Below, in pieces: positions 1-9,610 of a stretch of 64,000 nucleotides of DNA. The DNA is from a virus (Duplodnaviria; Caudoviricetes), in IMG/VR virus record IMGVR_UViG_3300025372_000001, one strand, 5' to 3'. Positions within the stretch are counted from its first letter, which is position 1, and every line of letters begins with the position of its first letter. A program made the position numbers and the translations under genes. The notes below the pieces were generated by a model. It made no database searches. It was not told the DNA's origin and saw only the letters and a program-made list of their open reading frames with translations.

Positions 1-59
1 ACATTCAGGATTAATGTATTGCTTTGATTGTTATAATAAGATTTAATTAATTTTCAATA

Positions 60-1505
60 ATGAATACTCTTGAGATATTACAAAATAGATTGCTTGCTCA
101 AAAGCAAAGGGTTAAAGTTAAAAAGACTTTAACAGTTAAACGAGCAGAAGAGATTGCTAATAATAGGTTAGGCGGTTCATGGGCAGTTGCAAGAGATACC
201 CGCCGACTTGGACAAACTTGTACTCTAATCAAAGATATTTATGGGAAATATTATGAAACCTATTCCTTGCTTAAACTGGTAAGAAGGTCAGTTAGAGGAA
301 ATGCTGATGCATATTTCCCTCTTAAACAATTTCAATTAGGAAAATGTCCTGAAATTTACCGTTGTGAATTGACACAAGAATATATTCATTCTGCTTATAT
401 TTCTCCTAAAGATGTATTTGATAATCGCAATATTTGTATCACTGTTGCATATGATTATTGTTTTTATAAGAATTATATTTTTGTATGGCCTGATGGTACT
501 ACCAGAACGTATGCTCCGCCACAAGCCCGACAAGTTCAACGTTATCATGGTTCTTATCGTCCTATTTGGTGGAACAAAAAGAAAGGTATGGGAATGGAAC
601 TAGAAATTGATATTAATGATAAATCACGGTTTGCTCAGAATTTATCTGATGATATTCTTATTGAAAATGATGGATCATTAGGAGTAAAAGGGGTAGAACT
701 TATTGGTGGTCCTTATACTCTTGACGAGTACCAAGATAGTAAAACTCCTTGGAATGAAGTATTAGAACAGATTAAAGAGATTGGAGGAGCAGGACATATT
801 GCTGGAGAATTTTACGGAATTCATATTTCCGTTTCCCGTTCCTTATTCACATCTTTTCATGGAGCAAAATTTGTTTGTTTCTTTAATCAACAAGCAGAAT
901 TGTGCCAACTAATCGGACAACGTAAGCAGTTGTATGGTTGTGGCGATAAAAGCGGTTATCATAATCGAACAAAAATTAAAGAAGTAGTTTATTATAATCC
1001 ACAAGATGCCAGCAAACATATTCATTATCGCGATAATGAAGGACGTATTATACAGAGTGATCCTGTTCTTTGTTATGGTGGAACATATATTAATTCCGAA
1101 ACCAAACAAGAAAGACACGTTCAAGGTATTTATACTAATATTGAAACAGGAAAATATGAACCTGTTAAAGTAGATGAAAATCGTTATGAAGTGCGTATTT
1201 TCCGTTCTAATCTTCGATGGGAACGTATTCTAAAAAATATTCAATTTGTTGATGCCGTTCGGGTTTACACTCTTCATGCTTCTGCATCTTCAGTATGTGC
1301 TCCTTATCAAGGAACCGCAGATTTCTTATTCTGGTTAGGTAAACAACAAGGTTATACGGCATTAAAGAAGTTCCTGGTTGACAATGCCAAGAATTTCCCC
1401 GATAATAATGCTAACTTCCGTGTCAGTGACAAATGCAAAGACTTTGCTCAATTAGTATCTTTTAAACTCAATAAATCCCAACAAGTAACCATTTCCGATC
1501 TATAA
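60..1505 (+). CDS. Putative amidoligase (COOH-NH2 ligase, Amidoligase_2-like)
   Basis: GMELEI...ENDGSL...GVELI, YGIHISVSR and YEVRIFRS motifs; adjacent to a class II glutamine amidotransferase. Confidence 0.75.
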   Translation: MNTLEILQNRLLAQKQRVKVKKTLTVKRAEEIANNRLGGSWAVARDTRRLGQTCTLIKDIYGKYYETYSLLKLVRRSVRGNADAYFPLKQFQLGKCPEIYRCELTQEYIHSAYISPKDVFDNRNICITVAYDYCFYKNYIFVWPDGTTRTYAPPQARQVQRYHGSYRPIWWNKKKGMGMELEIDINDKSRFAQNLSDDILIENDGSLGVKGVELIGGPYTLDEYQDSKTPWNEVLEQIKEIGGAGHIAGEFYGIHISVSRSLFTSFHGAKFVCFFNQQAELCQLIGQRKQLYGCGDKSGYHNRTKIKEVVYYNPQDASKHIHYRDNEGRIIQSDPVLCYGGTYINSETKQERHVQGIYTNIETGKYEPVKVDENRYEVRIFRSNLRWERILKNIQFVDAVRVYTLHASASSVCAPYQGTADFLFWLGKQQGYTALKKFLVDNAKNFPDNNANFRVSDKCKDFAQLVSFKLNKSQQVTISDL

Positions 1506-1510
1506 TTTTT

Positions 1511-2479
1511 ATGTGCCTTCTTATTTTTAAACCAGCAGGATTAAGTGTTCCTGAAAATCATTTAATTGCAGCAGCAAACGGTAATCCGCATGGAAGTGGA
1601 ATTGCAATTGCTACGGGAAATGAAATTATTATTCATAAAGACCCTGCATGGCGAGCCAAGGAAATCACTGAAATTCTTAAACAGAATGAACAATATCCGG
1701 CAATTATTCATTTTCGTTTTGCTACTCATGGAAGTAAAACCGTTGCCAATACTCATCCTTTTATTCTTAATAATGATTGGGTAGCTGCTCATAATGGGGT
1801 AATTAGTATTTCTACTGAACCAGATGAAAGTGATACAAGGGCATTTCTTCGTAAGAATGTTATCCCCATTATTGAAAATGGTTATACATTAACAGATAAA
1901 GAAATTCTGGCTATTCTTTCCGAAGAAATGGGAAAATCTAATAAGATGACTTTCCTTCATAAGAATGGTGAATATGGGATTGCTAATGAAGCCAGCGGAC
2001 ATTGGAAAGACGGTGTATGGTATAGTAATCATGGTTACATGCATACTTGCCATTATGGTGATTGGGAAGATGATGATATGGATTGGTCATATCATGGAGC
2101 ATATCAGAATCATAACACTCAATACTTTGATTATCGGACTAAAGCGCCCAAAGCGCCTGTTCCTCCTCGTTTTAGCGCATTTGGAAAGGTGATTGAAGAT
2201 GACGATAGCGGAAGTCGTTATGATGCGGAATATGACAACAGGAATGCATTAATGGTGCTTCCTGATAAAGTTAACCAATATAATGAAAAATGGCATATCA
2301 TGGATACATTGAATACGGTTTGTGATTCTTGCCATCAGGAGATTTGGGGAAAATATGCATATGAATCTACGGAAGAATTATATGTTTGTGAAGAATGTTG
2401 TAAATTTCTTCCCGCATCATTAGGTATTCCTCGAAGCATGCGAATGGTTGATACCGTAGAAGTAGAAGTAGAACAATAA
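1511..2479 (+). CDS. Class II (Ntn) glutamine amidotransferase with C-terminal CxxC...CxxC
   Basis: N-terminal MC, NPHGSG, HFRFATHG, NTHPF, AHNGVI and SDTR motifs. Confidence 0.88.
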   Translation: MCLLIFKPAGLSVPENHLIAAANGNPHGSGIAIATGNEIIIHKDPAWRAKEITEILKQNEQYPAIIHFRFATHGSKTVANTHPFILNNDWVAAHNGVISISTEPDESDTRAFLRKNVIPIIENGYTLTDKEILAILSEEMGKSNKMTFLHKNGEYGIANEASGHWKDGVWYSNHGYMHTCHYGDWEDDDMDWSYHGAYQNHNTQYFDYRTKAPKAPVPPRFSAFGKVIEDDDSGSRYDAEYDNRNALMVLPDKVNQYNEKWHIMDTLNTVCDSCHQEIWGKYAYESTEELYVCEECCKFLPASLGIPRSMRMVDTVEVEVEQ

Positions 2480-2519
2480 AGAATTGACAAAGTAACCAAC
2501 GTAAAGTATCATAAAACAT

Positions 2520-2741
2520 ATGAATAGACAGACAAAGCTAGGTAAGAATACAAAGCCACAATTTTGCGTCCGTAATGGTGGAGCAAATCCGATTCTTTCC
2601 CCTGTTCAACATGGGAAATTTGCCTTTCAAGACCCTGTAAAGGCGATTCAACGCAAGAAAGCAGAAGGAAATAATTCTTGGCGAGTGACGGGCAGGCATC
2701 CTAATGCAAACACGAATAAGAACACTAATCGTAACAAGTAA
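2520..2741 (+). CDS. Small basic hypothetical protein
   Basis: ORF 7 nt downstream of promoter TTGACA(2484)-17-TATCAT. Confidence 0.6.
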   Translation: MNRQTKLGKNTKPQFCVRNGGANPILSPVQHGKFAFQDPVKAIQRKKAEGNNSWRVTGRHPNANTNKNTNRNK

Positions 2742-2753
2742 TTATTTTTCTTT

Positions 2754-3500
2754 ATGAAAAAAGAATTTGATAATTGTATAGCTATTTTACAAGAACCTAA
2801 CTCTTGTAAGAGTGTTGCAACTCCTTGGAAAAATATTCCGGTTTTGCGAGAAATGCGGCGAACGGAAAATCGTTTTAAAAAGGCGAAAATTATTCGTAAA
2901 GATAAATCTGTTATTTTTGGTCCAGATTTAATTGATTATCATTTGGGAGCAACTGAAACTTTTCCATTTGATTATTTTTCCGATATGCGGTTTTATAAGT
3001 TTTATGAAAATCAAAAGAGAATTATCACTAAATGGTTTAATAGTATTGATTTAGAAGTTTATAGTTTATGTACTACTGCTTCGGGAATTACTATTCATGA
3101 TGTGGTTCCTTGTATTATTCCTTCTTGGTTTTTGGAGTTCGTTGGAAAGGAATTTCCTGTGGTGGATATGACTTATTATGGTTCTGAATATAGTTTTATT
3201 CGTAAAATTCAGCGGGATTATTATGATTATTTCAGTGAAATGAAAGTTGTGCAAGATTTCTTTTATACCAGATTTGAAGCAAGTTTAAAGGGAACACTTG
3301 AGCCTGATATTATTCAAGACCTAAAAGCGTTACATAAACGTTTCGCAGAAAATAACACTAAGAAAAAGAATTCCATTAAAACATATGATATTGATTGGTC
3401 TAACTTTTCAGATACATTAAAATCTTATAATGGAAACGGTTATTATACCGTATCTGGGGGGATGAACATGTGGAACAATGTTACAGATGGAAGATTTTAA
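2754..3500 (+). CDS. Hypothetical protein
   Basis: 248-aa ORF in a tightly packed plus-strand array. Confidence 0.7.
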   Translation: MKKEFDNCIAILQEPNSCKSVATPWKNIPVLREMRRTENRFKKAKIIRKDKSVIFGPDLIDYHLGATETFPFDYFSDMRFYKFYENQKRIITKWFNSIDLEVYSLCTTASGITIHDVVPCIIPSWFLEFVGKEFPVVDMTYYGSEYSFIRKIQRDYYDYFSEMKVVQDFFYTRFEASLKGTLEPDIIQDLKALHKRFAENNTKKKNSIKTYDIDWSNFSDTLKSYNGNGYYTVSGGMNMWNNVTDGRF

Positions 3501-3509
3501 TTCTTTTTT

Positions 3510-3776
3510 ATGGAATCTTTAAAAGCATTTCTTTGGACTTCTGGAACATCCAGAATTAAAGATAGTCGAATTTCTAAAACGATTCGCGGTAAGCGTTGTT
3601 TGGTGTGGATTACTCATAAGAATACTCCTAGTTCAAGGTGTGATTTTTGGGATAATATGGGAAAGATTCATAAGGATTTGACTTTTGGAAATCTTCAAAG
3701 ATTGGGCCGAATTGTGTTAGAAAATGGTGATGCCCGTGAAACCTATTCCGTTATTTTTGAACTTAAAAAGAAATAA
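3510..3776 (+). CDS. Hypothetical protein
   Basis: Packed ORF. Confidence 0.6.
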   Translation: MESLKAFLWTSGTSRIKDSRISKTIRGKRCLVWITHKNTPSSRCDFWDNMGKIHKDLTFGNLQRLGRIVLENGDARETYSVIFELKKK

Positions 3777-3784
3777 AAAAATAT

Positions 3785-4048
3785 ATGAGTCATTATCATG
3801 CAGATGCCATAGAAGAGAAAACCGATAATCGTCTTAGTAATTTTTATCATCAATTATTTTTGGACGCAACTAAAAGATATGGTCATATCAAAGCTATAAT
3901 AGATAACAAAGGTGAAAAAGAAGTTTATCCTCGATTTGCTATTATTGCAGAAGTTATTGATTCACAAAGGATTTTTCAAAAATCTGTTGACAGATCACGA
4001 TATTACTATTATTATGTATTAAATGCTATCGAACAACTCCTAAATTGA
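3785..4048 (+). CDS. Hypothetical protein
   Basis: Packed ORF. Confidence 0.6.
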   Translation: MSHYHADAIEEKTDNRLSNFYHQLFLDATKRYGHIKAIIDNKGEKEVYPRFAIIAEVIDSQRIFQKSVDRSRYYYYYVLNAIEQLLN

Positions 4049-4049
4049 T

Positions 4050-4223
4050 ATGAAATTTCCTGATAATAAACCTTATGAAAAAGGTTGGAATTCTTTTTTC
4101 CAATTATTTGACGTGGATCAAAATCCATATACTTTTATTCAAGATGAAGTATCGGCATTTGATTGGCAAAAAGGATGGCAAGATGCAGCAGAAGAATCAG
4201 ATACTTGGAATTACGACTTATGA
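4050..4223 (+). CDS. 57-aa protein with an RMF-like GW...NPY...WxxGWxDA motif (below ORF-track cutoff)
   Basis: MKFPDNKPYEKGWNSFFQLFDVDQNPYTFIQDEVSAFDWQKGWQDAAEE; fills the gap and has an ATGA overlap with the next gene; function call is weak. Confidence 0.5.
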   Translation: MKFPDNKPYEKGWNSFFQLFDVDQNPYTFIQDEVSAFDWQKGWQDAAEESDTWNYDL

Positions 4224-4504
4224 ATTATAGTGCATCCGAAGCATATTCGGCAAAAACCTCCGAATTTCGTTTAAAGCTAATTCATTTCAAAGATATTAAA
4301 AAACGTTGGTTCCGTAATCATTATGTTTTGTATCAAACATCAGGATGGTTTGGGCATAATTGTTTCACTTTTGAATGCGAACAAGCATTGAAACTTGACA
4401 AATATCCTGGTACATGGTATGGACCATTTTGGACAAAAGATTTAGCTGACGATTTTGCTCGATTGGTTGAACGTACTCACACTAGTTTTATTCTAGGCGG
4501 ATAA
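4220..4504 (+). CDS. Hypothetical protein (start reassigned to ATG 4220)
   Basis: ATGA coupling with the upstream small ORF. Confidence 0.6.
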   Translation: MNYSASEAYSAKTSEFRLKLIHFKDIKKRWFRNHYVLYQTSGWFGHNCFTFECEQALKLDKYPGTWYGPFWTKDLADDFARLVERTHTSFILGG

Positions 4505-4533
4505 AAAATATTATATTGACAATACCTTAATAG

Positions 4534-4941
4534 GTGATAATGTCTTGTATGAATGAATACCGAAAGGAACGATTGATTACTATTGCCAGGAGTTTGTCTC
4601 ATTTGCGAACAGGGAAATCTTTGCATTTCTCTTTCATTCTTAATAAGAATCAATTATTGGTAACGAGTGTGAATTCTTATAAGAAATCTCATTTGGAAAA
4701 GAGTTTTGGTAGGTATTTTCCTACTAAGAGTACAGAGAATAGTAATTATTTTCCTGCATTGCATTCAGAGATTGCAGCAATTAGGGAATACATTAATAAA
4801 TTTGGTAATAGTAACTTTACTGGCTTGACATTGTTTAATGTCAGAGTAGGAGTGAATGGCAGTACTATGTTGGCAAAACCATGTGATAATTGTCAAAGAG
4901 TTTTGAATAGTTTTTCATTTAAAGAAATAGTTTATACATAA
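4534..4941 (+). CDS. Zn-dependent deaminase (cytidine/dCMP/TadA superfamily)
   Basis: LHSEIAAI (HxE) and AKPCDNCQ (PCxxC) motifs. Confidence 0.78.
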   Translation: MIMSCMNEYRKERLITIARSLSHLRTGKSLHFSFILNKNQLLVTSVNSYKKSHLEKSFGRYFPTKSTENSNYFPALHSEIAAIREYINKFGNSNFTGLTLFNVRVGVNGSTMLAKPCDNCQRVLNSFSFKEIVYT

Positions 4942-4946
4942 AAAAT

Positions 4947-5513
4947 ATGAATGTTATTATTCCTGATGGTTGGTATCAAGTTCCTTTAAATGAACCTGTT
5001 TATTATTATGATTTAGAATGGGAACATAATGATACCGGATGGGTGCCTGTTAAGAAATACGGTGATTTCTGTAAAAGAAACCGAAAGAAATATGTCATTC
5101 GTCAAGAGAATGTTCAAGAAGATTTGATGATGGCATTAAGGCATTTCCCTAATGCTAGTTATTCAATGGAAACTAGATATAATGACAAAGCATTTTTCAT
5201 GGCATATATTCTTTTTCTTGCAGGTGTTCAAGAAATGAACATTGATATTGGTTTTATTGGAGGACGTAGAGAAATAGCAAGTATTCTTTTTAGAGATAAT
5301 TCTTTAACAATGAAACCGTATATTGAATTACCTTCTACTAATGGAACTAATATTTTTTATTTTCTTTTACAGAAATTACATATTCCTTATAGTGGTGGAG
5401 CAAGTACTGATAAAGATTTTATGCAAGCCTCTTGGCATAACAGCGAAAGCTTTATTAGTAAACTTATCGTATATTTTAATGCTATTAAGAAAGAATTTCG
5501 TGATGGAAAATGA
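4947..5513 (+). CDS. Hypothetical protein
   Basis: 188-aa packed ORF. Confidence 0.65.
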   Translation: MNVIIPDGWYQVPLNEPVYYYDLEWEHNDTGWVPVKKYGDFCKRNRKKYVIRQENVQEDLMMALRHFPNASYSMETRYNDKAFFMAYILFLAGVQEMNIDIGFIGGRREIASILFRDNSLTMKPYIELPSTNGTNIFYFLLQKLHIPYSGGASTDKDFMQASWHNSESFISKLIVYFNAIKKEFRDGK

Positions 5514-5551
5514 TGCATTGACAATGAATAATAAATAAGGTATCATTCCTT

Positions 5552-5680
5552 ATGAAATTATTCACCATCAAAATTAAGCCACGAAAGAAGCGAGAAAGAT
5601 TTGCTCCTGTTACTAAACAAGAAACGAATCGAAAAGCCTATAATCGAAAACAGAAACATCATAAAAAAGATGAAAGCTAA
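5552..5680 (+). CDS. 42-aa basic protein with an ArfA-like KxYxRKxKH motif (below cutoff)
   Basis: MKLFTIKIKPRKKRERFAPVTKQETNRKAYNRKQKHHKKDES; ATG 5 nt after promoter TTGACA(5518)-17-TATCAT. Confidence 0.5.
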   Translation: MKLFTIKIKPRKKRERFAPVTKQETNRKAYNRKQKHHKKDES

Positions 5681-5915
5681 AATTCTCCAATACGGTTTCA
5701 CAGAAGTTAAAGAAACTGAAAACAGTTTAAAGATTTCTCATAATGGAAATATGGGAAATAGTATTAAAGATTCCGTTGATCCTAATTTGAAGCAATTGGG
5801 ATATGGTTCTATCAAGTATCTTAAGAAACTGTATCGGAAATTCAAAGAAGAAGGAAGTCCTGATTATGCTTATTCGATTGTTTTTGATAAAAATATTAGA
5901 CAAAAATTTGATTAA
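5670..5915 (+). CDS. Hypothetical protein (start reassigned to ATG 5670)
   Basis: The longer track ORF overlaps the 5552-5680 gene. Confidence 0.55.
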   Translation: MKAKILQYGFTEVKETENSLKISHNGNMGNSIKDSVDPNLKQLGYGSIKYLKKLYRKFKEEGSPDYAYSIVFDKNIRQKFD

Positions 5916-5918
5916 GTT

Positions 5919-6101
5919 ATGAAAATTCTAGGAAAATATGTCACTGCTCAAGTTTTTGGACAAAATTATCCTCTTCAAGGTTGGGTGATTCAAGAAAATC
6001 CCTTAATTATTAAACATTCGGATGGAACACAAACCAGATGTACGGGAAAACCGACAATAGTTATTAATCCTCCTAGATTACCTAATAATTTATTGAAATG
6101 A
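5919..6101 (+). CDS. Hypothetical protein
   Basis: Packed ORF. Confidence 0.55.
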   Translation: MKILGKYVTAQVFGQNYPLQGWVIQENPLIIKHSDGTQTRCTGKPTIVINPPRLPNNLLK

Positions 6102-6104
6102 ATA

Positions 6105-6269
6105 ATGATTCCTCTTCTTTTTGCAATCGAATACAAAGAAGCAGGAGTTTGGACAGAATATCAATATACCGAAAATCTACTTGACGCATGCCATATTGCG
6201 AGTAGATTGACTTGGGAAGTTCGTGAAGAATGGATACGAATCTTAACACCTGATAATAAAATTTTATGA
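6105..6269 (+). CDS. 54-aa hypothetical protein (below cutoff)
   Basis: MIPLLFAIEYKEAGVW...; fills the gap with an ATGA overlap to the next ORF. Confidence 0.5.
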   Translation: MIPLLFAIEYKEAGVWTEYQYTENLLDACHIASRLTWEVREEWIRILTPDNKIL

Positions 6270-6511
6270 TATTGAAAAATAATTATTATGACAATAAAAA
6301 TGCTGCAATTGATGAAATTTATGCAGCATTACCGGAAAATATGCATTCTACTTCCATTATAAGCTTAATTGCTTCGGTTATAGAAGAATCCATTAATCTT
6401 GGATATAATGGCGGTTATTCTGATATGGCAGACAGAACATCTAATAATATTAGATGCATTGTTTCTCAAGGTAATATGTGTTCTATTACTAAATCTGAAA
6501 AAATTCTATGA
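6266..6511 (+). CDS. Hypothetical protein
   Basis: Packed ORF. Confidence 0.55.
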   Translation: MILKNNYYDNKNAAIDEIYAALPENMHSTSIISLIASVIEESINLGYNGGYSDMADRTSNNIRCIVSQGNMCSITKSEKIL

Positions 6512-6514
6512 AAG

Positions 6515-7006
6515 ATGAATAATTCTTGCTCAAATTGTGAAGATTGTCTGGATTGCAACAATTGCAACGATTTAGACACTTGTTCAAAGTGTAATCTTTG
6601 TGATTTATGCACAAATTGTGATGTTTGTTATCTTTGTGATTATTGTAATGATTCACAATATCTTTATTCTTGTTATTATTGTCGAGAATGTTCTTATTGT
6701 TATGGATGCAAGAATTGTTTCAACTGTGAAAATCTTATTTTTTCCAAACATTGTGAAAATAGTAAATGGCTTATTTTTTGTTTAAAATTAATTGATGAAA
6801 CGTATCATGCCTTCAATAAGCCGTTGACAAAAGAAAGGTATCAAGCTATTGTCGAAGAAGTGATTAGAATCCTTCCTAACTGGCAACAAGCAGCAGTAGC
6901 AGGATTCTGGCAAACAGTAACAAGGAATCAATGGCAAGCATTACAGTTAATTCCTGAATTTGATAAAGAAATCGTCGAAACTATTACAAAAATTACATTA
7001 ACATGA
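6515..7006 (+). CDS. Cys-rich CxxCxxC repeat protein (paralog of 37050-37562)
   Basis: Roughly 25 Cys, mostly at 3-residue spacing; C-terminal domain FNK..TKERY...FWQ...IPEFD...IT shared with 37050. Confidence 0.75.
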   Translation: MNNSCSNCEDCLDCNNCNDLDTCSKCNLCDLCTNCDVCYLCDYCNDSQYLYSCYYCRECSYCYGCKNCFNCENLIFSKHCENSKWLIFCLKLIDETYHAFNKPLTKERYQAIVEEVIRILPNWQQAAVAGFWQTVTRNQWQALQLIPEFDKEIVETITKITLT

Positions 7007-7440
7007 TCTTTCTATATTGTGTATTATTCTATATTATATATTCATATTTCCATGATTATATCATTGATCCTGCAATTCAGTATTATTTTAATATTAAAGG
7101 ATGTAAGTTTTGTAAAATAACCTTTCAATATAGAAGATGGAAAGATTCGGGGCATCTTGACGCTTATCCATTATCTACCTATCATGAATTAGCTCATTCA
7201 AAACTTTCTGAACCACATGAAATGACGGTTTTAGTGTCTGATTTAGGTTCTGATCAACCTAATGAAATCTGTGTTGCACCGGTTGACCTTAAAGGTAATT
7301 GGATTACTAATACTTTTGATAAAAATAATATGGTAGAGGTTATACATATTCCGCTTGCACAAGTTAGTAATCGAAGGGATATTCCTTCTGTATCCTTTTG
7401 GCAATATCTATATAATGGACAAAAAATTACCTTAACATGA
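7003..7440 (+). CDS. N-terminally membrane-anchored protein, tandem paralog A
   Basis: Hydrophobic N-terminus; RRWKD...CVAPVD..GNW matches the next gene. Confidence 0.65.
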   Translation: MIFLYCVLFYIIYSYFHDYIIDPAIQYYFNIKGCKFCKITFQYRRWKDSGHLDAYPLSTYHELAHSKLSEPHEMTVLVSDLGSDQPNEICVAPVDLKGNWITNTFDKNNMVEVIHIPLAQVSNRRDIPSVSFWQYLYNGQKITLT

Positions 7441-7847
7441 TTATTTTCTTTCTCATTCTTTATTTGGTATGTTTATTATTTGATCATACTAATTTTATTC
7501 CTTGGGTTATAAATCAACGTAAGAAATATGCATTAGTAACTGTGCGTTTCCATCGATGGAAAGATGATGATTGGCATTCTATGGAATTTAAGCCGGAATG
7601 TTTTTCAGAAGATGCACGAAAAGAACTTGGGCCTGAACAAGAAGAATCTTTTTATGTGGAAGTTCTTGATTCTTATTGGAATGGAAATATGTGTTGTGCT
7701 GCGGTTGATAAATTAACGGGCGAATGGGTCGGAGATATTTTTCATATCGGTGAACAAATGAGAGTAAGAACAATACCAGAGAAAAATATTATTTCAACTA
7801 TTCCCATGAAACTTACATTTTGGGCAGGACTTCAACCAAAGAAATAA
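7437..7847 (+). CDS. N-terminally membrane-anchored protein, tandem paralog B
   Basis: Hydrophobic N-terminus; HRWKD...CCAAVDK..GEW. Confidence 0.65.
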   Translation: MIIFFLILYLVCLLFDHTNFIPWVINQRKKYALVTVRFHRWKDDDWHSMEFKPECFSEDARKELGPEQEESFYVEVLDSYWNGNMCCAAVDKLTGEWVGDIFHIGEQMRVRTIPEKNIISTIPMKLTFWAGLQPKK

Positions 7848-7888
7848 ATTTGACAATAAGTGAATAACTGATAGAATACCTTCTCATT

Positions 7889-8317
7889 ATGAACCTAAAA
7901 CATCCGACTGATATTCCTAGCCATTGGCCTAAACTTAAAGCGCGTAAACGTTCATTTGTTTCTATTCGAGAAGCAAAAGTACCTGAATCTTTTAAAGTCG
8001 CTTGGCAAGATTCCGAATTGGTTTCTGATCCTTCGCTTGATTTGATTATTGTTCAATCAAATGGAACACAATATCCTTGTAAGAAAGATATTTTCTATTC
8101 CACTTATCAAGAAGTAGAGAATTTTAATATTTGGCAAAAGAAAGAACTTTCTACTCTTGTTCAAGTTCCTCAACATTATGAAGTTTCCATTGAAACCCTG
8201 GAAGGAACATTGAATAAAGTTGTTTATCCTGATTATGTTGTTATTGGTAAGAAGGATGAATTGTATGCAAATAAGAAAGAATGGGCTGATGAAAATCTTG
8301 AATTTATCGTTGACTAA
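7889..8317 (+). CDS. PGDYG-like phage protein (two internal repeats)
   Basis: QYPCKKDIFYSTY and IETLEG...DYVVIGKKDELYANK resemble the TLEG..PGDY..GE.YPCK.DIF..TY family. Confidence 0.55.
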   Translation: MNLKHPTDIPSHWPKLKARKRSFVSIREAKVPESFKVAWQDSELVSDPSLDLIIVQSNGTQYPCKKDIFYSTYQEVENFNIWQKKELSTLVQVPQHYEVSIETLEGTLNKVVYPDYVVIGKKDELYANKKEWADENLEFIVD

Positions 8318-8350
8318 TTCCAGATAACTGATAGAATAACTAATAATATT

Positions 8351-8572
8351 ATGGAACCGATGACATCTTTTTATGTAGTTGACACTACTTATGTACCTAA
8401 ACCTGGATATGGTAACATTCATCTAGGATTTGAAGTAAAAACCGGTTCAGGAAAAAACCATTTAAAAATTCTTAAAGAAGCATTAGAATTGAAATATCCT
8501 GCACCACGTTATACCGTAGAATACCAAACTCCTGAAAAGTCAGGTTGGGGCAATCCTTCAAACGGATGGTAA
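8351..8572 (+). CDS. Hypothetical protein
   Basis: Has its own promoter at 8310. Confidence 0.6.
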   Translation: MEPMTSFYVVDTTYVPKPGYGNIHLGFEVKTGSGKNHLKILKEALELKYPAPRYTVEYQTPEKSGWGNPSNGW

Positions 8573-8614
8573 ACAATTTGACAACTGCTCAATAACTGAT
8601 AGAAGTACAATATT

Positions 8615-9244
8615 ATGACTCTTAAAGAATTTCAAAAACAAAATAAAAATAAACTAGACGAAGAGTTTATTCAGAAATATCCTGATGGACGTATTACATT
8701 GGAAAGACGCAAAGACAATTCCCACACTATTTCTTTGGGATTTAAACGTAATACGTCGAACACATCCTCTTATCGTTTTGGTTTTGGTTGTAAAAATTCC
8801 AAACTATATGTATTTGAAGGATTAGGATTTAGTAAGCAAAATCATTACGATAACATCAATGATGCAGTTAATGCTGCTTACAAATTTAATTTTCCCGATA
8901 AACTAATCAAAGCTTTCAAACTTCGATATAAAGGGAAAGATAGTAAGAAATTCTCCAGAAACAATCCTCAAGAAATCGAAGTAGGAAGTAAAGTTAAAAT
9001 TAAATATGAGGAAAGAAATTGGCACAAGGATATTGATCCCGATACCATTTATGAAGTAGAAAAAGTGGAAGACCATACTGATAAAGATGGATACGTTTAT
9101 ACTATTTTATCCTTTAAAGGATTAGCCAAGAATTATTCCACTAAAGAAGAAACTTGTATAGGAAGGGTTCGCTCTTACTTTGCTACCACATTTGATAATG
9201 TTGATTTTGAAGCAAATGTTCTTAATCCCTTGACAAATGCCTGA
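8615..9244 (+). CDS. Hypothetical protein
   Basis: Has its own promoter at 8578. Confidence 0.65.
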   Translation: MTLKEFQKQNKNKLDEEFIQKYPDGRITLERRKDNSHTISLGFKRNTSNTSSYRFGFGCKNSKLYVFEGLGFSKQNHYDNINDAVNAAYKFNFPDKLIKAFKLRYKGKDSKKFSRNNPQEIEVGSKVKIKYEERNWHKDIDPDTIYEVEKVEDHTDKDGYVYTILSFKGLAKNYSTKEETCIGRVRSYFATTFDNVDFEANVLNPLTNA

Positions 9245-9280
9245 TAACTGATAGAATACACTCTCAACCCAAACAATACT

Positions 9281-9610
9281 ATGAACTCTAATCTACTTGT
9301 TAAATATATTCGCCAAACTAAGAAAGAAATTTCTCCTCGTAAGAAAGCAGTAATGGAACGCACTCGTAAAGTTGGCACACTTATTGCATTCCTTGATTCT
9401 GATGAATATATCCGTATTGGATGGTCTGCCCTTAATACTTGGAGCGATGACAAATTTGATCGTAATGAAGGAATTCGCCTTGCAAAACTTAATACAACGT
9501 GTATTCTTTCTCCTGATGTAATCAAAAGCATGCCTCTAAAGGTTCGCAATGATATTGAACACTTTATTGGACGTGCCGAAAACTATTTCAAGCGTTCAGT
9601 AGTTCGTTAA
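9281..9610 (+). CDS. Conserved-type phage hypothetical protein (IGWS...DKFD..EG motif)
   Basis: Own promoter at 9230; motif resembles a widespread phage family. Confidence 0.6.
   Translation: MNSNLLVKYIRQTKKEISPRKKAVMERTRKVGTLIAFLDSDEYIRIGWSALNTWSDDKFDRNEGIRLAKLNTTCILSPDVIKSMPLKVRNDIEHFIGRAENYFKRSVVR

Larger units (their letters stand above)
7850..9257 (+). promoter_or_regulatory. Four sibling early promoters TTGAC-N-ATAACTGATAGAA (-35 at 7850, 8310, 8578, 9230)
   Basis: Shared ATAACTGATAGAA core and 16-bp spacer; each precedes a separate gene. Confidence 0.8.

Noticed and set aside
4947-5513. Possible LAGLIDADG homing endonuclease
   Set aside because: Only a vague FLAG-like helix is present; the required acidic motif is absent.
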